Shown here: positions 10,501-19,496 of the stretch, piece after piece
How positions within the stretch are numbered: the first letter of the stretch is position 1
Layout of the letters: each line of letters starts with the position of its first letter
Assembly (NCBI GenBank): GCA_001768195.1
Contig: MENI01000097.1
Location: 73,198 to 137,197 of the forward strand
DNA length: 64,000 bases
Source: Bacteroidetes bacterium GWA2_40_15
GTDB taxonomy: Bacteria > Bacteroidota > Bacteroidia > Bacteroidales > VadinHA17
Direction of reading: 5' to 3'
Program-made: the position numbers and the translations under genes
Notes under the pieces: model-generated
The model's input: the letters and a program-made list of their open reading frames with translations, nothing else
The model's database searches: none
Told to the model about the DNA's origin: nothing

Positions 10501-12036
10501 ATTATCAGTGATAACAGGGTGAATTTCACGGCAGAAGAACAGGCTGATGGCGCAACTGTATCAATCGACGGAGAAGTTCAGAAAAAAAGGAATCCCATGA
10601 TTGTTACAGGTGAATTCTTTGTCCGTTTCCTCCTTGGAATAAGATCGGTAAGCTTAACGTACACCTCTTCACAGGGACAGTTTCTTCCTGGCTATAATCC
10701 GGGAACTTCATTCCTGGGGATGTCGAATTACAATGGCAAGTCTGCACCAGGATTGCCATTTGTCCTGGGATATAATGATCCGGATTTTTTCAATAAAGCG
10801 GCAATGAACAGGTGGATATCAACAGATACGTTACTTAATACACCTGCTGCTCAATACAACAAGTACGACTTATCATTCAGGAGCATGATTGAACCATTCC
10901 CCGGCCTGAGAATTGACCTTAATGCCGACAGACGTTACATGGAAAGTGTAAGCTCTTACTATATAGCGGACTATAATGGTAGTTTCCCTGACAGTACCCG
11001 CAATATGGTAATGTCGGGTACATTCTCAATAAGCGTCATTTCATGGGGAACTTCCTTTGAGAAGATCACCAAGACAACAGATTATGTTTCTCCCACCTTC
11101 GAGGCATTTAAAGCAAACACTGTAATAATCTCCCGGAGGAGGGCAGAAGAGCATCAAAAGGCGGATCCCGGTTATGATCCGGATTTCGATCCGGCAACAG
11201 GCAATCCGGTTGATGGTCCATACAAAAGTGGCTATGGACAGACCTCAAGAGATGTTTTAATACCTTCATTTATAGCTGCTTACACAAAATCTGACCCGGG
11301 TAAGGTTACCCTTGAGACATTTCCATCAGCTCTTCACATGATGCCAAACTGGCGTATCAACTTTGACGGGCTTTCAAAGTACGAGTTTGTACAGAGAACC
11401 TTCAGGTCTATCAACATTATGCATCAGTACAGAAGTACATATCAGATAGGTTCCTATACTACAAACCTTAATTATGATACTGATCAGAGTGGAGTGAGCG
11501 TGATACGTGACCTTCAGCGCAACTTTTTACCCATGTATGAGATCAATGTGGTTTCTATAAACGAACAGTTCAGCCCGCTGGTAAATGTGGACATGAACTG
11601 GAAGAATAGTCTTACCACACGGTTTGAATGGAGAAAATCACGAACGGTAGCGCTTAATCTTACCAGCAACCAGATTGCTGATGCCCGCATAAATGAACTT
11701 ATAATTGGAGCCGGCTACAGGTTTAATGAGGTTCAGATCATCCTCAGAACGGCTGGCGGTGGTCAGAGAGCTCTACGGAGTGATCTTAATATCAGGCTTG
11801 ATCTCTCAGTACGTGATAATAAGACCGTGGCAAGAAAACTGATAGAAAATGTCAATCAGCCTGTTGTCGGACAAAAAGTATTCACAGTTGGAACAACAGC
11901 GGATTATATTCTCAGCGACAGGTTCAACCTTCAGATATTCGCTGACCACAGTATGACCAATCCTTTTGTAGCCAACACATTCCCTACTTCAAACACAAAT
12001 TTCGGATTCAGTCTTAAGTTTACTCTGGTTCAATGA
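4594..12036 (+). CDS. sprA: Type IX secretion system translocon / gliding motility protein SprA
   Basis: 2480-aa secreted giant beta-barrel-type protein with an N-terminal signal peptide. Size and sequence character match Bacteroidota SprA. The ORF opens at 4585. The only standard start before the signal peptide is TTG at 4594, since the first in-frame ATG is about 100 codons in. Confidence 0.85.
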   Translation: MGSGISHKNILIFSYLVLSTSLLLRPADSSGQAALQQSETIDTTRKSVLKLKDESGIPWEPKQKTPLFLDNPSNIKSIVIYDPDKNEYVLYQKAGTFDIRTPVHMTPEEFRKYEYRRAMQDYWEQRISGDESGFRSTLIPQIEVGGAGFDKIFGSNTINIIPQGSAELIFGINISRTENPTLSEKLRTIPTFDFKEKIQMNVTGTIGEKMELGINYNTDAMFEFENRTKLQYSGSEDEIIKKVEAGDVTLPLTGSLITGSYSLFGLKTELQFGKLTVTTVLSQQKGESSVIDVKGGAQLTEFEVYADAYEANRHFFLSQYFRDVYDESLKNMPVVSSGINIERIEVWITNKTTRFEEANNRNIVAFMDLAENASHIYNDIPEFQAAPGGERFPSNSANMLYNQLITAYGAIRNVDQVTNSFEPLYPDFQIGRDFEKIENARKLNEREFEFNRQLGYISLNTALNTDEVLAVAYEYTLGGQIFKVGEFSTDGITAPQTLLLKMLKGTTLTPRLPTWNLMMKNIYSLGSGKLDKKDFELNVLYQDDETGNSINYLPQGKLADKILLQVMGLDNLNSQLDRESDGYFDFIEGITIMINRGKIIFPVIEPFGNHLKKMIDDPKLATKYVFQELYDSTQTVAKQMAEKNKFKLTGQYSSESGSEIRLNAASIPKGSVKVTAGGVPLAENTDYTVDYNMGTVRIINSALIESQTPIQVSLESNQFFGFQTKSLVGTHLDYQLSKNFDIGATILHLNERPYTQKVNYGEEPISNTIWGLNTSYQTDWQFLTKAIDKIPLLNTKTPSSVSFFGEFANLIPGHSKAISNAGNSYIDDFEASEIPLDLKSFNAWTMSSIPQGQDQLFPEARLNNKIESGFNRAKLAWYVIDPLFLRNGSSTPDHIKQNPDLQSSHYVREIYEDEIFPYRESPSGIPTNITVLNLGYYPAEKGSYNFDSEPGPYSSGVANDGTLNDPQSRWGGMMREVLTSDFESANIQYIKFWLMDPFVEKPGHEGGDFYINLGNISEDILRDSRKSFENGLPGSPEVKNVDTTAWGRVPTVQAVVHAFDNAPESRLYQDVGFDGLGDPDEQNFFSDYLQKLQNLITPDAFQSAVEDPSSDNFHYFRGGDYDAAQLDILERYKKYNGQEGNSPTSEMSQESYPTSGSTLPDMEDINRDNTLSETESYYQYKISLRPGDIRVGTNYVVDEIEYEATFPNTKKSKVKWYQFKIPVTDYQKVVGSIKDFKSIRFMRMYMSDFKEPVIMRFAELDLVRAEWRKYNISFMEGGERITVPEASDGTFDISSVSIEENSGKEPVNYVLPPGFDRVTDPQNPQLRQLNEQSMVLKVQNLEDGDARAAYKNMNIDIRQYRSLRMEVHAEALIGQPLQDNELTAFVRLGSDYKGNFYEYELPLKLTLPGRYDNNSDASRAQVWPQENSFIINMSLLQEAKQERNRQMDLPGSSLSVSDVFVYTNGLARVSISGNPNLSNIKVIMVGVRNPIKTRNQNYDDGNPKSGEVWFNELRLSDFIENSGWAANAHFQARLADLGTIDMVGQTSTPGWGSIDKKVNERSIENIINYDISSTIELGKFFPEKVAVRLPVYAGFSQTRIQPQYNQLDPDIPLKEALDAAANKAEKDSIRAISEDLAQRKTFTISNAGISARGEKPHFYDPANLSANYTYNEIYRSNTKTEINLEKNYRGGINYNYEAQPANIMPFKNVKFLNPSALRLVKDFNFYPFPKSLGFRTELYRYYSEIKTRNINNPNLRVTPSYRKDFEWYRMYDFKYDITRQLKFDFMASNTSRIDEPSGGVDKQRYSDSYDDWRDSVMVNLRNGGRNVNYNHFMNVTYNIPVNKLPLLSWLNANARYGADYTWLAGPVFPDSLNINMGNSIKNHNEATLTGMANLSTLYSKSKFLKRIENNTRPEGARRQKTETVTVKYSKADVNFRAKSVRSINHNLGTRDVKVKITGKDGQEVKGKMDIISDNRVNFTAEEQADGATVSIDGEVQKKRNPMIVTGEFFVRFLLGIRSVSLTYTSSQGQFLPGYNPGTSFLGMSNYNGKSAPGLPFVLGYNDPDFFNKAAMNRWISTDTLLNTPAAQYNKYDLSFRSMIEPFPGLRIDLNADRRYMESVSSYYIADYNGSFPDSTRNMVMSGTFSISVISWGTSFEKITKTTDYVSPTFEAFKANTVIISRRRAEEHQKADPGYDPDFDPATGNPVDGPYKSGYGQTSRDVLIPSFIAAYTKSDPGKVTLETFPSALHMMPNWRINFDGLSKYEFVQRTFRSINIMHQYRSTYQIGSYTTNLNYDTDQSGVSVIRDLQRNFLPMYEINVVSINEQFSPLVNVDMNWKNSLTTRFEWRKSRTVALNLTSNQIADARINELIIGAGYRFNEVQIILRTAGGGQRALRSDLNIRLDLSVRDNKTVARKLIENVNQPVVGQKVFTVGTTADYILSDRFNLQIFADHSMTNPFVANTFPTSNTNFGFSLKFTLVQ

Positions 12037-12100
12037 TCTTTCTGGTTTGCCGGAAACTATAAAAATGAGAATTATCACCTTGGATCAATAAAAAAATATC

Positions 12101-12108
12101 TATTTTTG
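12101..12108 (+). promoter_or_regulatory. Bacteroidota sigma-A -7 box (TATTTTTG) upstream of gcvH
   Basis: Exact match to the TAnnTTTG consensus, 52 nt upstream of the gcvH ATG. Confidence 0.4.
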
Positions 12109-12159
12109 ACTGTACTATTATAAAAAAGAGATAGAGATTCATCTAAAACAATATCCGTT

Positions 12160-12534
12160 ATGAACATACCTGCAGAGTTATTATACACAAAGGACCATGA
12201 GTGGATCCGGATCGAGGGTGAAACCGGAATAGTTGGCGTTACTGATTTTGCCCAGGGGGAATTAGGCGACGTAGTCTTCGTGGAAATTGAGACTGTGGGA
12301 GAAACTCTTAAAAAAGAAGAGGTATTCGGAACTATTGAGGCAGTTAAAACAGTTTCTGATATGTTCATGCCGGTAGGAGGAGAGATTCTTGAACTTAATC
12401 CTGAACTGGAAAACTCGCCTGATGTGGTAAATAAAGATCCTTATGGAAAAGGATGGATGATAAAGTTCAGGATAACAAATCCGGCTGAGCTTTCAGAACT
12501 GCTTTCAGCCGAAAAATATAAGGCCCTTTTATAG
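12160..12534 (+). CDS. gcvH: Glycine cleavage system H protein
   Basis: 124 aa. YTKDHEWI, GITDFAQ-like VGVTDFAQGELGDVVFVE and the lipoyl-lysine context EAVKTVSD. Confidence 0.9.
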   Translation: MNIPAELLYTKDHEWIRIEGETGIVGVTDFAQGELGDVVFVEIETVGETLKKEEVFGTIEAVKTVSDMFMPVGGEILELNPELENSPDVVNKDPYGKGWMIKFRITNPAELSELLSAEKYKALL

Positions 12535-12543
12535 CCCCGGGGG

Positions 12544-15537
12544 TCAGAGTGTCTTCTTAACCTCTATCTCCTGGTAGCCTTCAACAATATCTCCTGTTTT
12601 GATATCGTTGAAATTATGGATATTAAGTCCGCATTCATATCCTCCGACAACCTCTTTAACATCATCTTTGAACCGCTTAAGTGACCCAAGTTCTCCTGTA
12701 TAGATTACAATACCGTCACGGATGACTCTTACTTTTGTATTCCTGGTTATCTTACCTTCTTTGACATAACATCCTGCTACTGTACCGACCTTGGTAACCT
12801 TGAAAATCTCACGAATTTCGAGTGTTGCGACGATCTCCTCCTTAACTTCAGGCATAAGCATCCCTTCCATGGCAGATTTTATCTCCTCAATAACTTTGTA
12901 GATGATGGAGTAAAGTCGAATGTCAATCTCTTCCTTCTCAGCCAGTTTTCGAGCGCTTAATGAAGGTCTTACCTGGAAGCCAACGATAATTGCATTGGAT
13001 GCTGCAGCAAGAAGTACATCAGATTCGGATATCTGTCCTACAGCTTTATGTATAATATTAAGCTGGATCTCAGGTGTTGAAAGCTTGATAAGCGAATCAC
13101 TCAGTGCTTCAACTGAACCGTCAACATCTCCTTTTACTATTATGTTAAGTTCCTGGAAGTTCCCGATAGCTATCCTGCGCCCTATTTCATCCAGTGTAAT
13201 ATGCTTCTGTGTACGCAAGCCTTGTTCTCTCTGCAACTGTGCTCTTTTTGTAGCTATATCTCTTGCTTCCCGGTCACTCTCCATAATGTTGAATTTGTCC
13301 CCTGCCTGTGGTGCACCGTTCAGGCCCAGTATAAGGGCCGGGGTAGCAGGTCCTACTTCATCTACTTTATTACCGCGTTCGTTGTACATAGCTTTAATAT
13401 GACCGAAGCAACTACCTGCCAGCATTACATCACCGACTCTGAGTGTTCCGGCTTTAACAAGAACCGTAGCAGTGAATCCTCTTCCCTTATCAAGAGATGA
13501 CTCCACAACAGTTCCTAAGGCCGGCTTATCTGGATTTGCCTTGAGCTCAAGCATCTCTGCTTCCAGCAGGACTTTGTCAAGAAGCAAATCAATATTTAAG
13601 CCGTTTTTGGCAGAAATCTCCTGTGACTGGTACTTGCCGCCCCACTCTTCAATAAGGTAATTCATTGCTGCAAGTGCCTCTTTAATCTTGTCAGGGTTTG
13701 CTGTCGGCTTATCAATTTTGTTAATAGCAAACACAATCGGAACCCCTGCTGCAGATGCGTGATTGATTGCTTCCCTTGTCTGTGGCATAACTCCGTCGTC
13801 GGCTGCCACTACGATGATTGCAATATCAGTAATTTGTGCACCACGTGCACGCATAGCCGTAAAGGCTTCGTGACCAGGAGTATCAAGGAATGTTATCTGT
13901 CGTCCATCCTCCAGGATAACCCCGTAGGCACCAATATGCTGAGTTATTCCTCCGGCTTCACCGGCTATAACGTTGGCATTTCTGATATAGTCAAGAAGTT
14001 TTGTTTTTCCATGGTCGACATGACCCATAACTGTTACGATAGGAGGTCTTGGTTTAAGGTCTTCTTTTTCATCCTCAAGCTCTTTAACTGCTTCCTGCAG
14101 CTCGGCACTTACAAATTCAACCTTATATCCGAACTCGTCAGCCAGGATTGCCATGGTTTCAGCATCGAGACGCTGATTGATTGAAACAAAAAGCCCCAGG
14201 CTCATACAGGTTGAGATGATTTCGGTAACCGGAACGTTCATCATCGATGCCAGTTCGTTGGCAGAAACGAATTCGGTTACTTTAAGAATGTTCTTTTCAT
14301 GTTCTATCCTGTCAACTTCTTCCTGCTGCTTCTGGCTTATAGCTTCTCTTTTATCGCGTCTGTATCTTGAACCTTTCGATTTTCCCTTTGTGGTAAGTCT
14401 GGCAAGTGTTTCCTTGATCTGTTTCTGAACCTCTTCCTCATTAACTTCAGCCCTTACAGGTCTCTTCTTAATAAGTTTCCTGGCACCCGGGTTTTCTTTC
14501 TTATCAGTTGTCTCCTTGTTTGAAACAGGTACTACTTCTTTTTCTTTGAGAATTCTTTTTCTCTTCTTCTTTCTTCTGAAGTCCGAATCGCCGTTTACCT
14601 TCACGGGCTGATAAGGCGCCGATTTCTTTTTCTCCTCAACAGGCAGATCAATTTTTCCGACCACTATCGGACCTGCCAGTTTCTTGAAGTCTGTCTTGTA
14701 AAGAGAAACAATGTCTTCCTCCTTCTCCGGAAGGATACTTTCTTCCAGTAACTCGGCATCAATTACATTATCAATTATTTCTTCTGTTAATGTATCTTCA
14801 ACCGGTTCGGCTTCTTTTATGACTTCGGCTTCATGTTTTTCAGATGCTCTCTCCTTCAGGGTCTCCTTTACTGTTTGTTTCCCTTTTTCTTTCTTTACAT
14901 CTTTTTTAGCAGGTTTTGACTCTTTGGGTATTGTATCGAGATCAATTTTACCAACAATATGGATTTCTATATTTGCCTTGGCTCTTTTTGGTTCATCAGG
15001 AACCTCTTCAACTTTCTTTTCTTTCTTTACTGAAGGTGTATCCTTAACAGATTTACTGCTTTCCGCAGGTTTTAGTGGAGCTTTTGTATCAGCTTCTTCT
15101 TTTTGAACCGCTGGTTTTTCAGCCCTTGGCTTTGATGTTTTTTCCAGGTCAATTTTACCAACAAGCTTGATGTCAGGCTTTTTAATCTCGGTCTTAATGT
15201 CAACAGTTGGTTTTGATACGGTTGAATCTTTAACCAGTACGTCATTATCTGTCTCTGATTCTTCACTCTCAGCTTTCTCTGAGAAATCATCTATTGACAC
15301 TGATTCTTTTTTTCTGTGAAGATCCTTAAAGACAAGCTTTTCAGATTCTTTTTTTGCGCTGATATCAGTACTGTATTCTTTTACAAGAAGAATATAAGCT
15401 TCATGCGGAAGTTTGGTATTCGGGTTGGGATCAAGATCAAAGCCCTTCTTGTGCAGGAATTCCACAATAGTGGATATCCCCACATTGAATTCGCGGGCTG
15501 CTTTACTTAATCTTGTTGCCTTAACATCATCTGTCAT
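12544..15537 (-). CDS. infB: Translation initiation factor IF-2
   Basis: 997 aa. GTPase G1 [16 protein letters not shown] and NKID, with a Lys/Glu-rich N-terminal extension and the C-terminal IF-2 domains. It sits downstream of nusA. Confidence 0.95.
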   Translation of the reverse strand: MTDDVKATRLSKAAREFNVGISTIVEFLHKKGFDLDPNPNTKLPHEAYILLVKEYSTDISAKKESEKLVFKDLHRKKESVSIDDFSEKAESEESETDNDVLVKDSTVSKPTVDIKTEIKKPDIKLVGKIDLEKTSKPRAEKPAVQKEEADTKAPLKPAESSKSVKDTPSVKKEKKVEEVPDEPKRAKANIEIHIVGKIDLDTIPKESKPAKKDVKKEKGKQTVKETLKERASEKHEAEVIKEAEPVEDTLTEEIIDNVIDAELLEESILPEKEEDIVSLYKTDFKKLAGPIVVGKIDLPVEEKKKSAPYQPVKVNGDSDFRRKKKRKRILKEKEVVPVSNKETTDKKENPGARKLIKKRPVRAEVNEEEVQKQIKETLARLTTKGKSKGSRYRRDKREAISQKQQEEVDRIEHEKNILKVTEFVSANELASMMNVPVTEIISTCMSLGLFVSINQRLDAETMAILADEFGYKVEFVSAELQEAVKELEDEKEDLKPRPPIVTVMGHVDHGKTKLLDYIRNANVIAGEAGGITQHIGAYGVILEDGRQITFLDTPGHEAFTAMRARGAQITDIAIIVVAADDGVMPQTREAINHASAAGVPIVFAINKIDKPTANPDKIKEALAAMNYLIEEWGGKYQSQEISAKNGLNIDLLLDKVLLEAEMLELKANPDKPALGTVVESSLDKGRGFTATVLVKAGTLRVGDVMLAGSCFGHIKAMYNERGNKVDEVGPATPALILGLNGAPQAGDKFNIMESDREARDIATKRAQLQREQGLRTQKHITLDEIGRRIAIGNFQELNIIVKGDVDGSVEALSDSLIKLSTPEIQLNIIHKAVGQISESDVLLAAASNAIIVGFQVRPSLSARKLAEKEEIDIRLYSIIYKVIEEIKSAMEGMLMPEVKEEIVATLEIREIFKVTKVGTVAGCYVKEGKITRNTKVRVIRDGIVIYTGELGSLKRFKDDVKEVVGGYECGLNIHNFNDIKTGDIVEGYQEIEVKKTL

Positions 15538-15601
15538 AAATATTCCTTGCCTTTATTAAAACTTCAAAAATGATCTTGTGTTATTATTAATTAATCTTTA
15601 T

Positions 15602-16840
15602 CTATTCAAATTCGGCACGCAGGACATTGATTACCTCTTTTACAGTTTCCTCTTCGAGGTCGGTTCTTTTAACAAGGTCGCTTATTGAAAGGTTGAGAAC
15701 ACTTCTTGCAGTGTCGCAACCTATTGCCTTAAGTTCTTCGATTATCCATTCTTCAATTTCATCTTTGAATTCCTCAAGGTTAACATCTTCCTCATCTTCA
15801 CCTCCGGGTTCCCTGTATACATCAATCTCATATCCGGTAAGCTGGCTTGCAAGCTTAATGTTCAGACCTCCCTTCCCGATAGCCAGTGATACCTCGTTTG
15901 GCTTCAGGTATATTTCGGCTCTCTTTGTCTCTTCATCAAGTTTTATCGATGTAATCTTTGCCGGGCTAAGAGCCCTTTGTATAAACAGCTGGTTATTTGA
16001 AGTAAAATTAATTACATCGATGTTTTCATTTCTCAGTTCCCGTACAATACCATGAATTCTGGAACCTTTCATGCCTACGCAGGCGCCAACAGGATCAATT
16101 CTTTCGTCATATGATTCCACCGCAACTTTAGCACGCTCTCCGGGTACCCTTACTATCTTCTTGATAGTTATAAGACCATCAAAGATTTCCGGTACTTCGA
16201 GTTCAAACAGTCTCTCAAGGAATACAGGTGATGTACGGCTAAGAATAATGAATGGTGTATTGTTTCTCATCTCCACCTTGATCACAACTGCTCTTATTGT
16301 ATCGCCTTTCCGGAAATGGTCTGAAGGTATCTGTTCGCTCTTTGGCAGTATCAGTTCATTGCTGTCATCATCCAGAACCAGTATCTCTCTTTTCCATACC
16401 TGGTAAACTTCTCCGGTTACGATCTCTCCGATCCTGTCCTTGTACTTGATATAAATATTGTTCTTCTCAAGGTCGAGGATTCTTGCAGTAAGATTTTGCC
16501 TCAGCGACAGGATTGCCCTTCTTCCAAAGTCCAGGAATTTTACTTCGTCAGATACTTCCTCACCTATTTCATAATCTTCATCAATCTCCTTTGCCTTTGA
16601 GAGAGGGATCTGAATGACAGGATCAGTTACCTCATCGTCGGCAACCACAACCCTGTTTCTCCATATTTCAAAATCACCCTTGTCAATATTGACTATAATG
16701 TCGAAATTATCAGCCGAACCATATCTTTTTGCCAGCATGCTCCTGAATACATCTTCAAGCACACTCATCATGGTGGGTCTGTCAATATTCTTCAACTCCT
16801 TGAATTCCGAAAAAGTGTCGATCAAATTAACGTTTTCCAT
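15602..16840 (-). CDS. nusA: Transcription termination/antitermination factor NusA
   Basis: 412 aa with an S1 domain (GEIVTGEV), two KH domains (DPVGACVGMKGSRI, LAIGKGGLNIKLA) and conserved rimP-nusA-infB order. Confidence 0.95.
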   Translation of the reverse strand: MENVNLIDTFSEFKELKNIDRPTMMSVLEDVFRSMLAKRYGSADNFDIIVNIDKGDFEIWRNRVVVADDEVTDPVIQIPLSKAKEIDEDYEIGEEVSDEVKFLDFGRRAILSLRQNLTARILDLEKNNIYIKYKDRIGEIVTGEVYQVWKREILVLDDDSNELILPKSEQIPSDHFRKGDTIRAVVIKVEMRNNTPFIILSRTSPVFLERLFELEVPEIFDGLITIKKIVRVPGERAKVAVESYDERIDPVGACVGMKGSRIHGIVRELRNENIDVINFTSNNQLFIQRALSPAKITSIKLDEETKRAEIYLKPNEVSLAIGKGGLNIKLASQLTGYEIDVYREPGGEDEEDVNLEEFKDEIEEWIIEELKAIGCDTARSVLNLSISDLVKRTDLEEETVKEVINVLRAEFE

Positions 16841-16860
16841 CTGGTGTAAACCTCTAAATG

Positions 16861-17313
16861 TTATTTAATAGTTAAAATTACTTTTGATGTTTTTATCTGT
16901 TCAAAGTTGAAGGAAAGCTCTTTCATCTCTTTTGTTTTTCCTTTTATTTTCACCTCTGCTTCAAGTTCAAATCCGCCGGAGGTTACATTTTTCAGCATCC
17001 CGGTATACCTGATGCCATCAATATCAATAACTTCAACTTTTTTACCCTCATTCTTATGATATTGCTCAATAACGGTGAATGGCATGTCAAGTCCGGGAGA
17101 TGAAACCTGAAGCTCACAATCAATCACATCCCTGTCGAGCTTAGTCTCAATATGCCTGTGAATTGATGCACATTCATCTATTGTTATTCCCTCATTTTTA
17201 TCGGCAAGTACTGTTATCCTGTTTGCACCGCTTACCTTCACTGAAACAAGGAAAAGTCCGGTCCCGTTTATGAACTCCTTTACAATACCTTCTATTTTGG
17301 TTTTTTCTATCAT
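16861..17313 (-). CDS. rimP: Ribosome maturation factor RimP
   Basis: 150 aa, first gene of the rimP-nusA-infB operon, with the LEVSSPG-like motif (LQVSSPGLDMP). Confidence 0.85.
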   Translation of the reverse strand: MIEKTKIEGIVKEFINGTGLFLVSVKVSGANRITVLADKNEGITIDECASIHRHIETKLDRDVIDCELQVSSPGLDMPFTVIEQYHKNEGKKVEVIDIDGIRYTGMLKNVTSGGFELEAEVKIKGKTKEMKELSFNFEQIKTSKVILTIK

Positions 17314-17321
17314 TTTAAACC

Positions 17322-17351
17322 GATAATAAAATAGGGGACTCTGGTCCCCTA
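17322..17351 (-). terminator. Terminator-like hairpin in the rimP-nusA-infB leader (candidate attenuator)
   Basis: The minus-strand transcript reads AGGGGAC-caga-GUCCCCU followed by AUUUUAUUAU and ends 8 nt before the rimP ATG. Stem at 17333-17339 / 17344-17350. Confidence 0.45.
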
Positions 17352-17378
17352 GGTCTCAATTCCCCCTCAATTCGAATG

Positions 17379-17409
17379 CAAAATTACACATTCTTTTGAA
17401 ATTATCAAA
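17379..17409 (-). promoter_or_regulatory. Bacteroidota-type promoter of the rimP-nusA-infB operon
   Basis: The minus strand reads TTTG (17406-17409), a 19-nt spacer, then TAATTTTG (17379-17386). This matches the TTTG-N19-21-TAnnTTTG consensus. Confidence 0.5.
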
Positions 17410-17496
17410 ATCTTATGCAAATAATATGATTTACAGATGATCGGGGGGAAAATCTGTGTATTATCTTTGGGACTTCTGAGGTTAAATGAAAGAGTT

Positions 17497-18426
17497 ATGT
17501 ACATTGATGCAGAACGAAGATTATTATCAGACTGCACCTTATGCCCGAGGGAATGCAGAGCTGACAGGTTTGCCGCAGGAACGGGCTACTGTGGCATGGA
17601 TGCCGGTTTGAACATAGCCTCAATCTGTATCCACAGGGGAGAGGAACCGGTAATAAGCGGACCAGATGGGATCTGCAATATTTTCTTTTCAGGCTGCAAC
17701 CTGCGGTGTATTTTTTGTCAGAATCATGAGATATCAAGGCCCGGCAGAAAATTTCACAGAAACATTTTTACGCTGAAGGAAACCCTTGATATCATTGAAA
17801 GTATTCTTTCAGAAGGGATTAAGTCAGTAGGTTTCGTTTCACCTTCACATGTAGTGCCTCAGGTCAGGGTTATTATAAGCGGACTTCATGACCGGGGTTT
17901 AAAGCCCGTCACTGTATATAATACAAATGGATACGACAAACCCGTAGTGATTGACGGGCTTGAGAATCTGATTGATGTTTATCTACCGGATTACAAGTAT
18001 GTAACACCCTCAATCGCCAGGGAGTATTCAGATGCTTCGGATTACCCGGAAGTGGTCGTGAAAGCTTTGAAGAGAATGTATTACCAGAAAGGCTCAGCTC
18101 TCCCTATTGATGAAGAGGGGAGGGCTGAAAACGGGATTCTTATAAGGCATCTTGTTCTGCCGGGACATGCTGAAGAGAGCAAAAAGGTATTAAGAAGTAT
18201 TGCCGAAGAACTTTCAACTGGCGTGCATATATCATTAATGTCACAATATCATCCTGTCAATAATGTTAAGGATCATCCAAATCTTTGCCGTTCATTGTAC
18301 CGGTCAGAATATGAATCGGTTGCAGCGGAGATGGAAAAGCTGGGTTTCAGGAACGGATGGCTGCAGGATATGGAAAGCAATTTGAATTACCGGCCGGATT
18401 TCAGAAGAGAAAAGCCGTTTGAGTAG
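17497..18426 (+). CDS. Radical SAM protein, PflX-like (pyruvate formate-lyase activase-related) family
   Basis: FFSGCNLRCIFCQNHEIS radical SAM cluster motif preceded by a Cys-rich N-terminus (CTLCPRECRADR...GYCG). The likely start is MYIDAER at 17497; the ORF-track start is 17437. Confidence 0.65.
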   Translation: MYIDAERRLLSDCTLCPRECRADRFAAGTGYCGMDAGLNIASICIHRGEEPVISGPDGICNIFFSGCNLRCIFCQNHEISRPGRKFHRNIFTLKETLDIIESILSEGIKSVGFVSPSHVVPQVRVIISGLHDRGLKPVTVYNTNGYDKPVVIDGLENLIDVYLPDYKYVTPSIAREYSDASDYPEVVVKALKRMYYQKGSALPIDEEGRAENGILIRHLVLPGHAEESKKVLRSIAEELSTGVHISLMSQYHPVNNVKDHPNLCRSLYRSEYESVAAEMEKLGFRNGWLQDMESNLNYRPDFRREKPFE

Positions 18427-18549
18427 CGGTGAACAGCCATGAACCGATTATGAAAGAATTCACCTTTTCCATTGAGTGCCTGAATTAGTAATAATTTTCA
18501 TAATTTAGAGCCGTATAAATGGTCCTTTCTATTAATTAAAATCAAAGAA

Positions 18550-19254
18550 ATGTGTTTCTCAGCAGGAGCAAGTTTTGCAGGGGCAGCGGTTATTTCAGCC
18601 ATAGGTATTGCTGCTGTCAGGGAGGTACACAAACCATCACAAAAACTGTTCGCCACAATTCCGTTATTCTTTGCCTTTCAGCAGGTAGCTGAAGGAGTAG
18701 TGTGGCTTTCACTCAAACAGGGAGGAGATCACTCTCTTCAGATGGCAGGAGCCTACATTTTCCTTTTAATGGCGCTCGTTATCTGGCCAATGATGATACC
18801 AATGGCAGTACTGAGGATGGAAGAGAATATAAAGAAGAGAAAAGTGATGAAATGGATCTTTGGAGCAGGGCTGATCCTTTCGTTGTATTATGCCGTTTGC
18901 CTTGTAAATCTGAATGTTTATCCCCGGATTAATCAGTTTCACATTCAATATATAAATGATTTTCCGAAAATGCTCAGACACATTGCTTTCGCGATATATG
19001 GATTTGTAACAATTGCACCTCTCTTTATTTCGAGTGTTAAACGAGTTTCCATTTTTGGCATTCTCATTATTATCTCTTTCGTTATAACTGGTATTTTATA
19101 CAAAGAGTACCTGACATCGGTATGGTGTTTCTTCGCATCACTGATAAGTGCTGTTATTTATATAATTGTAAGAGAATCCCAGGAAGAGTTTAGTCTGTAT
19201 AACCAACGATTTATAAAGTTATTGTCCGATCGTACTCACTGGAGAAACAGGTAA
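18550..19254 (+). CDS. Hypothetical multi-pass membrane protein
   Basis: 234 aa with about 7 hydrophobic helices and no recognisable catalytic motif. Confidence 0.5.
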   Translation: MCFSAGASFAGAAVISAIGIAAVREVHKPSQKLFATIPLFFAFQQVAEGVVWLSLKQGGDHSLQMAGAYIFLLMALVIWPMMIPMAVLRMEENIKKRKVMKWIFGAGLILSLYYAVCLVNLNVYPRINQFHIQYINDFPKMLRHIAFAIYGFVTIAPLFISSVKRVSIFGILIIISFVITGILYKEYLTSVWCFFASLISAVIYIIVRESQEEFSLYNQRFIKLLSDRTHWRNR

Positions 19255-19496
19255 CGATGATTATTAAAAGATAACTTTTCCAAATCATATCTTTAATGAA
19301 AGATTTATTAAGTCAATTTGCCTTAAGCCTTATTACCCGTTCCCACATGGACTTCTGATGTTCCTTTTAAGTTGAATTATGATCTTTCATGTCAAGGAAA
19401 AGGCTGCATGGCAGTTCATTGCGACTACCACAATCCTTATAACATTACAGATTAATCTACAGGATGATAATAACATGGCATAATAGTTTTAGTATT

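Noticed and set aside
12534-12548. The CCCCGGGGG palindrome between gcvH and infB as a terminator.
   Set aside because: It is only a 4-bp self-complementary run in a 9-nt spacer, with no loop or U-tract.
19255-19496. The 242-nt non-coding gap, and similar gaps at 48765-48944 and 61537-61815, checked for tRNA, small RNA or riboswitch signatures.
   Set aside because: I could not recognise a cloverleaf-compatible sequence, a T-loop GTTCGAATC-like box or a conserved riboswitch core. The gaps are simply AT-rich promoter or spacer DNA.
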